From Candidatus Eiseniibacteriota bacterium (lineage in GTDB: Bacteria; Eisenbacteria; RBG-16-71-46; CAZEPH01), in the NCBI GenBank assembly GCA_044229145.1, contig JBGATO010000020.1, forward strand, positions 1-54,864: a stretch of 54,864 nt of DNA, given 5' to 3'. This document shows positions 41,501 through 48,983 of the stretch, piece after piece. The notes beneath the pieces are model-generated. The model saw only the letters and a program-made list of their open reading frames with translations, searched no databases and was not told where the DNA came from. Position 1 is the first letter of the stretch; each line of letters opens with the position of its first letter. A program made the translations under genes and the position numbers.

Positions 41501-41622
41501 GCGGAGGTCTCGCCGCAGCAGGTAGCGCTGTCGTCACAGCACGGCGCGCCGGGCGTGCAGCAGTCGGGCGTGTCGCTGCAACACGGGGCCGTCGGGGTCG
41601 AGGTCGAAGTCGGGTCGCTCAT
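41497..41622 (-). CDS. Small Cys-rich metallothionein-like peptide (41 aa), absent from the ORF track
   Basis: MSDPTSTSTPTAPCCSDTPDCCTPGAPCCDDSATCCGETSA; SD AGGAG 6 nt upstream; TGA overlaps the sigma factor GTG (GTGA). Confidence 0.82.
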   Translation of the reverse strand: MSDPTSTSTPTAPCCSDTPDCCTPGAPCCDDSATCCGETSA

Positions 41623-41667
41623 CGTCATCTCCTGTCCGGGGCCGCACCACGCGGCCCATTCACCCCT

Positions 41668-41922
41668 TCAGACGGACGACGCGGAGAATGGACGCAGCCA
41701 GGCGCACATCTCCTCGAACGACGGCACGCGCCCGGCACACAGGACGCGGCCGTCGAGGGTCACCGCAGGCGTCGACGGCACGCCGGCCGCCGCGGCCGCG
41801 CGCGGATCGTAGACCACCTCGATGCCGGCGCGCACGCCGGTCGCCGCCACCGCGCGGCTCACCACGTCCTCGAGGCCCGACCCGCGCGCGGCCCCGGGTC
41901 CGTAGAGCGCAATGCGCAGCAC
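41668..41922 (-). CDS. Thioredoxin-fold protein (MTH895/ArsE-like) lacking CxxC
   Basis: RIALYGPG...GVPSTPAVTLDGRVLCAGRVPSFEE matches the family pattern; AARG sits where CxxC is expected; SD GGAG. Confidence 0.78.
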   Translation of the reverse strand: MLRIALYGPGAARGSGLEDVVSRAVAATGVRAGIEVVYDPRAAAAAGVPSTPAVTLDGRVLCAGRVPSFEEMCAWLRPFSASSV

Positions 41923-41935
41923 GGCGTCTCCCGGC

Positions 41936-42910
41936 TCAGCGCGTGACGACCACGCGCGCCGTCGCCAACCCGTGCGCGGTCCGCAGATGCACGAGGTACA
42001 GCCCCGGCGCCACCGGCCGACCATCCGCCCGGTCGCGATTCCACCGCAACCCGTGCGTGCCCGGGGAACCGGCCGGCACGCGCCATTCGCGCACGAGCCG
42101 CCCTGCGACGTCGTGGATGGCCAACTGCCCGGAGGCGTCATCCGGAACCGTGTACGCGATTTCGACTGCCCTGCCGGCTCCCACGCCCGCGACCCGCACC
42201 GCAGCCGGTGGCACCAGGTCCGGTGGCGCGACAGCCGTGGGTGGCGCGTCGTCGTAGCCGATCCAGAAGTAGATGCCGTCGTTCAGGAACTGCGACAACT
42301 GGACGGAGACCACGGAATACTGGTCCAGCGCGCCGAGTCCGATGGTGAGTCCCCTGCTGTCGTGCGCGGGGACGATGGGCGTCACGAAGCGCGACGAATC
42401 AGGCTCCCAGGTGATCGAGGTCGTGTCGGCGGGGTCGACGATGAAGTCGTGCCCCGCCGCGGCCCAGGGTCCCACGGCGGGCGACGAACTGACGGTGACC
42501 GGCGACGACGCGCCATTGACGCGGCCCACTCCCACGTATCCCACCGCGTTCGCCGGCACACCCTGGAAGTTCGAGTACTCGATGACGGTCAGGACGTTCG
42601 ATGCTCCACCGCCATTGAAGATGGCCAAGACCCGCAGGCTGTCGAAGCCCAGTCCCATCGCGCTGGAGCCGAGCGAGTCGAAGGTCACCCCGGTGATGCC
42701 TTGGGTGCCGCCGGTCACGACCTTGATGTCGACACTCGAACCCGGCGTGAACTGCACCGTGGTCGGGACGCCGGGCACGGGCGGAGTGGCGCGGACGTTC
42801 GCCCAGTGGACGGTGGCGAGCGAGGCCTGCGGCAGACCGGCGGCGAGAAGCGTTGCGATCGACGCGCGGCACAGCAGACGGCCGGCGGCGCGCGAGAGGA
42901 ATCGGAGCAT
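41936..42910 (-). CDS. Secreted hypothetical protein with FlgD-Ig/T9SS-like CTD
   Basis: Signal-like N-terminus; beta-rich unknown domain; C-terminal IHDVAGRLVREW...WNRDRADGRPVAPGLYLVHL...ARVVVTR. Confidence 0.8.
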   Translation of the reverse strand: MLRFLSRAAGRLLCRASIATLLAAGLPQASLATVHWANVRATPPVPGVPTTVQFTPGSSVDIKVVTGGTQGITGVTFDSLGSSAMGLGFDSLRVLAIFNGGGASNVLTVIEYSNFQGVPANAVGYVGVGRVNGASSPVTVSSSPAVGPWAAAGHDFIVDPADTTSITWEPDSSRFVTPIVPAHDSRGLTIGLGALDQYSVVSVQLSQFLNDGIYFWIGYDDAPPTAVAPPDLVPPAAVRVAGVGAGRAVEIAYTVPDDASGQLAIHDVAGRLVREWRVPAGSPGTHGLRWNRDRADGRPVAPGLYLVHLRTAHGLATARVVVTR

Positions 42911-43021
42911 GAGGGGCACCTGCGAGGTCAGAGGGTAGGGTGCGGCCGGCTTGGGCCGACGGTCTGGGACCGCGAAGAGAATGTTAGCACATCCCTGTGG
43001 CCGGGAGCGCGCCGCCAAGCA

Positions 43022-43053
43022 CGAGGGCCGCGCTCCGGAGAACGCGGCCCTCG
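43022..43053 (-). terminator. GC-rich hairpin after the M16 gene (possible terminator)
   Basis: Perfect 11-bp inverted repeat CGAGGGCCGCG / CGCGGCCCTCG; weak U tail. Confidence 0.45.
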
Positions 43054-43093
43054 GCGAGGACGGGTGCGGGATGCTTTCCCGCGGGGCAGCCGC

Positions 43094-45913
43094 CTACTGC
43101 TTCGGCGCCGCGCCCTTCGCGCCGCCGGCGAAGTCGCCGGCCTTGATGATCGTCATCTTCACCACGTCGAGGTACTTGCGCATCGCGGCGAGGATGTCGT
43201 CGTTGCTCAGCGTCTCGACCTTCTTCTCGAGCGAGTCCTGGAAGGTCAGGGTGCGGCCGACGTACTCGTTGGTCGCGAGCATGCGCGCCAGTTCGTCGTC
43301 GTTCGAGCGCGCGACGCTCTGCGACTGCAACCAGCCGGACTTCGCCTGCGCGATTTCCTCCGGCGTGAAGCCGTCCTTCAGCACGCGGGCGATCTCCTCC
43401 TTGAACGCCGCCTCGAGCTTGCCGGCGTTCTGCGGGTTGTAGATCGCGTAGCTGCCGAAGATGCCGTTCTGCTCCCACGACGACAGCTGCAGGAACGAGC
43501 CGACGCCGTACGACAGGCCTTCCTTCTGGCGAATCCGCACGCCGAGGCGCGAGTTGAGGAAGCCGCCGCCGGTCATGAAGTTGCCGAGCAAGAGGCCCGG
43601 GTAGTCGGTGCTGCTGTCGCCGATCGGCAGGCGCTGGCCGGCGAGGAACATCGCGTTCGCCTTGTCCGGCGTCTCGATCGACTCGTTGGTGGCGGCGATG
43701 TCGACGTACGGATTCGGCAGGCGGACGAACGGCGTTGGCGACTTCCAATCGCCGAACAGCGACGTGAGCAGCGTCTGCGTCTCGGCCGGGTCGATGTCGC
43801 CGGCGATGCCGAAGACGGCCGCGCCGCCGCCGTAGAACGTCTTGTAGAAGTCCTTCACCTGGTCGAGCGTCGTCGCCTTGAGGGCGGCGATGTCCTCGTC
43901 CGGCGTGCCCATGTAGCGTGGGTCGTCGGCCGGCAGCGGCGACAGCTTGCGGCGGTAGGTTTCCATGCCGCGCGCCATCGGATCGCTGCGCGCTTCGTCG
44001 CGCTGGGTGATCTGCTCGGTCTTCGCGAGGTCGAGTTCGCTCACCGGGAACGACGGGTTGCGCAGGATGTCCGCCACCAGCTTCATCGCGTCGGCGAAGT
44101 TCTCGCGCGTGGTCTCGATCGAGACGTCGGTCTCGGTGGCGTCACCGCCGACGCGGATGCGCGTCTTGAGGCGGTCCATCTCGTCCTTGATCTGCTGCCG
44201 CGTGCGCGTCGTCGTGCCGCGCAGCAGGAGGTCGTTGCACAGGGCGCCGGCCATGCGCTTGCCCTTGAGCGTCTCGAGGCTGCCGTAGCGCACCACGAGC
44301 TGCGCGTGCACGGTGGCGCCGCGCGTCTTCTTCGGCACCATCACGAGCTTCATGCCCGACGGCAGCGACGCGCGGACCGCGCGTGATTCGATGTTCGACG
44401 GCGACGGGTCGAAGTTCTCGCCGGCGCTCACCGCCGCGCCGCCCTTGTAGTCGCGCACCAGCGCGGCGACGATCGGCGTCGGTGGCACGGTCGCCCGGTC
44501 CGGCTGGTCGGTGGGGACGAAGGTGCCCAGCGTGCGGTTCGACGACTTGAGGTAGTTGAGCGCGACGCGCTGCACGTCCTCCGGCGTCACCGCCTTCAGC
44601 CGGTCGCGCTCGAGGAACATGAGGCGCCAGTCGCCCATGCCGGTCCACTCGCTGAGGCCGATGCAGGCGCGCTCGCTCTCCTGCATCGTGAGGTCCCACT
44701 GCTTGAGGTAGGCGGCGCGCGCACGCTCGACTTCATCCGGCGTCACGCCGCGCTTGCCGATGCCCTCGACCACCGCGATCAAACTGTCGCGCACCGGGCC
44801 GAGCGGCTTGTCCTTCGGCACTTCGGCGCTGAACACCATGAGCGACGGGTCGTGGAACTGCCACGCGTTCCCGTTCACCGACGACGCCAGCTTCGACTCG
44901 ACGAGCACCTTGTGCAGGCGGCCGCTCGGCGTGTCGCCGAGGATGTAGGCGAGGATCTCGAGCGCCGGGAAGTCGGCGTGCGAACCCGCGGCGATGTGGT
45001 AGCCGGTGGTCACCACCTGCACGTCCCCGGTGCGGCGCAGCGTGACCGCGCGCTCACCGTCCTGCACCGGCTCTTCGGTGTAGGTCTTCTGCAGCACGCG
45101 CGTCGGCCGCGGCAGCTTGCCGAACTTGTCGGCGATCAGCGCCAGCACCTTGGCCTCGTCGAAGTGGCCGGCCACCGCCAGCACCGCGTTGTCCGGCTGG
45201 TAGAAGCGGCGGTAGAAGTCCTGCAAGCGGTCGATCGGCACCTGCTCGATGTCGCTGCGCGCGCCGATCGTCGACTTGCCGTAGTTGTGCCACAGGTACG
45301 CGGTGGACCACACGCGCTCCTCGAGGATCTGCGCCGGCGAGTTCTCGCCCATCTCGTACTCGTTGCGCACCACCGTCATCTCGGAGGCGAGGTCCTTCGC
45401 GTCGATGAAGCTGTTGACCATGCGGTCGGCTTCGAGGTCGAGCGCCCACGCGATGTTCTCGTCGGTGGCGCTGAACGTCTCGAAGTAGTTGGTGCGGTCG
45501 TTCCACGTCGTGCCGTTGGGGCGGGCGCCGTGCGCGGTGAGCTCGTCCGGCACGTGCGGGTGGTTCTTCGAGCCCTTGAACATCAGGTGCTCGAGCAGGT
45601 GCGCCATGCCGGTTTCGCCGTAGTTCTCGTGACGCGAGCCGCACAGGTAGGTGATGTTCACCGTGCAGGTCTGCTTCGACGGGTCGGGGAAGAGCAGGAC
45701 GCGCAAGCCGTTCGACGGCATCTTGTACTCGGTGATGCCTTCGACGGAGGTGACTTTGACGAGGCCGCCGGGCTGGCCCGCCGCCGCTGCGGCGGTCGCC
45801 GCAGGCTTGGCGGGGGATTTCGCGACGGCGGCCGGCGCGGCCGACGCGACGCCCGCCGCCACGAGACCCATGAGTGTGAGCGGGACGGCAAGGGTTGTGG
45901 GCAGGGACTTCAC
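43094..45913 (-). CDS. M16 family zinc metalloprotease (pitrilysin/PqqL-like), secreted
   Basis: Inverted zinc motif HLLEH, NGTTWNDRTNY, VVRNE, NSRL...IRQKEGLSY; SD GGAGGAG; signal peptide. Confidence 0.95.
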   Translation of the reverse strand: MKSLPTTLAVPLTLMGLVAAGVASAAPAAVAKSPAKPAATAAAAAGQPGGLVKVTSVEGITEYKMPSNGLRVLLFPDPSKQTCTVNITYLCGSRHENYGETGMAHLLEHLMFKGSKNHPHVPDELTAHGARPNGTTWNDRTNYFETFSATDENIAWALDLEADRMVNSFIDAKDLASEMTVVRNEYEMGENSPAQILEERVWSTAYLWHNYGKSTIGARSDIEQVPIDRLQDFYRRFYQPDNAVLAVAGHFDEAKVLALIADKFGKLPRPTRVLQKTYTEEPVQDGERAVTLRRTGDVQVVTTGYHIAAGSHADFPALEILAYILGDTPSGRLHKVLVESKLASSVNGNAWQFHDPSLMVFSAEVPKDKPLGPVRDSLIAVVEGIGKRGVTPDEVERARAAYLKQWDLTMQESERACIGLSEWTGMGDWRLMFLERDRLKAVTPEDVQRVALNYLKSSNRTLGTFVPTDQPDRATVPPTPIVAALVRDYKGGAAVSAGENFDPSPSNIESRAVRASLPSGMKLVMVPKKTRGATVHAQLVVRYGSLETLKGKRMAGALCNDLLLRGTTTRTRQQIKDEMDRLKTRIRVGGDATETDVSIETTRENFADAMKLVADILRNPSFPVSELDLAKTEQITQRDEARSDPMARGMETYRRKLSPLPADDPRYMGTPDEDIAALKATTLDQVKDFYKTFYGGGAAVFGIAGDIDPAETQTLLTSLFGDWKSPTPFVRLPNPYVDIAATNESIETPDKANAMFLAGQRLPIGDSSTDYPGLLLGNFMTGGGFLNSRLGVRIRQKEGLSYGVGSFLQLSSWEQNGIFGSYAIYNPQNAGKLEAAFKEEIARVLKDGFTPEEIAQAKSGWLQSQSVARSNDDELARMLATNEYVGRTLTFQDSLEKKVETLSNDDILAAMRKYLDVVKMTIIKAGDFAGGAKGAAPKQ

Positions 45914-46095
45914 GGACGAACTCCTCCACGAGCGATGCACGACACGACGATCGGCCGGCAGAAGAGCCGACCTTGGCGAACCGTGAGGGAAGGTACCACA
46001 GGGCGCACGCCGGGGTGGGATGCCCGGCATGGTGCAGGAGGTTGCCGTGGGAGGGGCCATTGGGGGGCGGGAGCCCGAACTGCACTGATAATTCC

Positions 46096-46151
46096 TTTGT
46101 CGATGTGACAAATAATGAATTGACAGTGAACGAGTGGGGGGGGGGTAGGCT
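46096..46151 (+). promoter_or_regulatory. sigma70 promoter with G10 tract in the spacer and an upstream palindrome
   Basis: TTTGTC-N5-GACAAA at 46096-46112; TTGACA 46120-46125; G10 46136-46145; TAGGCT 46146-46151; AT-rich patch. Confidence 0.6.
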
Positions 46152-46205
46152 CTTGTCGTGTTCAATGATCTCCCACAGCGAAGTCGCCTGCCCCAGGAGG
46201 TGCCA

Positions 46206-48974
46206 ATGCGATCTCCCGCTCGCGTGTGGCGCGGTGCTATGCTCATCCTTGGAGTGCTGATTTTCCAAGGAGCGCACACAGAAGAAAATTCCCAGCTGCA
46301 TGCGCAACTCTCTTGGAGTGCGCTGTCGTCGCAGCAGGGCGATCTGCCGAGTTCTTCTGGGACGAACACACTCTTTCTGCATTTCACCAGCGGTGTGACG
46401 AGCTTTCGGGGCGCGACCATGGAATTGAGATGGAATCCGGTAGGTGACGTCGAATCCGCCTGCCTGACGCCTGGCCAAGTGTCATTCCCGAGTTCTCAGG
46501 GGTCAACCTGTCGGTACTTGAATCGTGGCACTTCGCTACCGGTAGAAACTGTACGAGACCCGGGGCACTTGATAATTTCCTGGGCGAATTCGATCTCCCT
46601 AACCACGTGCACAGCAGGCGTGGTGGCGGCGATCCCCTTCGACTTCACGGGTTGCCTCGATCAGCCGGCAAAGTTCGAGCTGTGTGCTCTGACCGTTCTC
46701 TCCGACAGCTTCTTGGAGACAATCGTGCCGGAGGCAAGACTCGGGTCAGTCGCGACGTTTCGTGGGGGCGGAACCTATTACGAGCCTTGCCATGTTCCCG
46801 CAGATTCGTGCACACCTCAAATCGGGTATCTGTCCAATTTCTTCGTCCCTGCCGGTCAAACACTTGGGATCACACCTTGGCTTACGGACACGACATGTGT
46901 TGTGTCTTGGACTGCGGAAAACGCGCCCCCGGGTCATGTCTTCGATCCAGGCACGGGCACAAATCCACACCCGCTCCTCTGGTGGCAAGCCGGAATCGAG
47001 GGCGAGCACTACGACGGTGTGCGTATCATTGCCACGACGGCAGCGCACCACGCGGATACCGTTTCATTCTCGATCCACGTGACCCCCAGCGACAATCGCC
47101 ACTTTGGGATATTTCAAGCTGCCGCGCAGCAGGACGATGGGGGACGAATCACCGCTGCGGGCGCCGAGTGGCTTCACCGAACACTTTTCCCGCTGATGGA
47201 CGTCGACGGCATTCCGGCGACAATCCAGGCAGCGGACGAAATGGTGACGATGGCCCAGGAGAAGGGGCTGGACATCGTGTTTGACCTCTCGACTGCCGTT
47301 GACGCAAGTCTCATGGCGCAGTGGCCGCCCGCGGATACGTTCACCGTTCAGGACTGGGTGACACGAGTTACTGCGCTTGCAGCTCGCTACTGCACTGGGA
47401 GTGATTCGCTCGTCCGCATGCCTGGTCTCGGCGCGTCCGTCGATTGGTGGCATATCGAGGAAGAGGCCTCGTTCTGGCCGCCGACGGACTTGACAGGCTG
47501 CTCCTACGCCGAGGAGTACAAGTACACGAGGTCCGCGCTCCTCTCGGGAAATTACGCGGCGAAAACCATCTTGATCGGACTCTCGAGCGATCCGGCGACG
47601 GCCGCAGCGTATTTCGAACGACTAGGAAGTGTGCTTCCGGCGCTGGCGAACGATCATGCCGCCGATACGACGTCAGCGGGTTTCTCCACGTTTCGCACAC
47701 GTACCCGCAACTGGATCGGTCGATTCCCGGCCGGCCCCTGCCCTCTCCCGTGGTATGACGCGATTGACGTTCACTCATTCGAGCGGGATGACGTACTTCG
47801 CGGCAAGGTGCATTGGATCCGAAGCATGATGGATGGGCCGCCACGCCAAATCTGGGTGAACGAGGCCGGCGGCCCTGCGTGGGATTCGACATTCCATAGT
47901 GCCACCTGGGATCCGCCGTACGCACCCGCCTATCACGATTCACTCAACGCGGGTCATGTGTTCCGGCAATACGCGGAGGCGCTCGCCAATGGCGTGCAGC
48001 GTTACGCGTGGCAGTTCTACCCGCCTGGTCCCGAGAGCCCGTTTTTCGCTCCGCCGGGGACGATGAATCAGTACTCGCTGGTGCCGCTCTTCCGCAATCC
48101 GCTTCCGGGTGCTGATCCGCCACCCTATGTGGCGAAGCAATCGAACGCGGCCTACATGACCCTCACCGATCTGCTGCGGTCCTACAAGATGGCCGCGGAT
48201 CGACGGATTCAAGACGATGCACTTCTCAAAACGTGGATTTGCCCGCCTGAATCACTCGCCGCGGGCAAATGTCGCACGGATTGTTGTCCCGATAAGTGCG
48301 TGAACGGCACATGCTCGAGCTACTGCACGGATCATGACAGTTCGTGCGTCGCAACTCCGCGGTTCTATCCGAACTCGGACGTGACCTGCGTTCTCAACAT
48401 GGAGTTTTGGCCGTCTGACTCAACCGGTTTCACGCAGGCGAACGTCCTGTGGGCCGGGAGCTGGCCCACGGGACGCGCCGATTCTGTAACGATTCGGTTT
48501 GCTGTCCCAGGAACGGATTCGATCTGGATGACCCGGATCCCGACCACCACAGAGTCCGCCTCAGAGCCGACCGTTCAGGTGGTGACGGACTCTCTGACCC
48601 TTCTGCTCGGCCCATCGCCCGTCATCATTGCCATGAAGCGGCGCTTCTCCGCATACCAAACCACATGGCAAGGCGTGCCCGTGCCGGTGGCGCCGATGCG
48701 CCCCCAGTACGGGCTCCGCGTATTGCGACGTGATGCCAGGAGCTTCGAGTGGAGTCTCACTCGTCCGCGCGACCATGTGTTCATTGGGATTTTCGATGTC
48801 GCTGGGCGCCAAGTGCAGCGGATTCCGCTTGGGCCAGTTCACACCCTTCAGGGTGTCCTGGCGTGGGATGGGCGCGATTCCCAAGGACGGAACGCTGCCA
48901 ATGGACTGTACCGTGCATGTCTTGTTTCCGGTTCGGAGCGTCTCGCCGACACCCCAATACTTTTGGTGCGGTAG
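46206..48974 (+). CDS. Secreted multidomain protein: Cys-containing beta domain, Ig-like domain, clan GH-A-like barrel, Cys-rich insert, FlgD-Ig/T9SS-like CTD
   Basis: SD AGGAGG; signal-like start; WWHIEEEA, YDAIDVHSF, IWVNEAGG, RYAWQF; C-terminal IFDVAGRQV...WDGRDSQGRNAANGLY. Confidence 0.72.
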   Translation: MRSPARVWRGAMLILGVLIFQGAHTEENSQLHAQLSWSALSSQQGDLPSSSGTNTLFLHFTSGVTSFRGATMELRWNPVGDVESACLTPGQVSFPSSQGSTCRYLNRGTSLPVETVRDPGHLIISWANSISLTTCTAGVVAAIPFDFTGCLDQPAKFELCALTVLSDSFLETIVPEARLGSVATFRGGGTYYEPCHVPADSCTPQIGYLSNFFVPAGQTLGITPWLTDTTCVVSWTAENAPPGHVFDPGTGTNPHPLLWWQAGIEGEHYDGVRIIATTAAHHADTVSFSIHVTPSDNRHFGIFQAAAQQDDGGRITAAGAEWLHRTLFPLMDVDGIPATIQAADEMVTMAQEKGLDIVFDLSTAVDASLMAQWPPADTFTVQDWVTRVTALAARYCTGSDSLVRMPGLGASVDWWHIEEEASFWPPTDLTGCSYAEEYKYTRSALLSGNYAAKTILIGLSSDPATAAAYFERLGSVLPALANDHAADTTSAGFSTFRTRTRNWIGRFPAGPCPLPWYDAIDVHSFERDDVLRGKVHWIRSMMDGPPRQIWVNEAGGPAWDSTFHSATWDPPYAPAYHDSLNAGHVFRQYAEALANGVQRYAWQFYPPGPESPFFAPPGTMNQYSLVPLFRNPLPGADPPPYVAKQSNAAYMTLTDLLRSYKMAADRRIQDDALLKTWICPPESLAAGKCRTDCCPDKCVNGTCSSYCTDHDSSCVATPRFYPNSDVTCVLNMEFWPSDSTGFTQANVLWAGSWPTGRADSVTIRFAVPGTDSIWMTRIPTTTESASEPTVQVVTDSLTLLLGPSPVIIAMKRRFSAYQTTWQGVPVPVAPMRPQYGLRVLRRDARSFEWSLTRPRDHVFIGIFDVAGRQVQRIPLGPVHTLQGVLAWDGRDSQGRNAANGLYRACLVSGSERLADTPILLVR

Positions 48975-48983
48975 GAGGACCCG

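Noticed and set aside
41497..41622. RiPP precursor (ranthipeptide/lanthipeptide)
   Set aside because: No radical SAM, Lan or YcaO enzyme in the window and almost no leader; a metal-binding role fits better.
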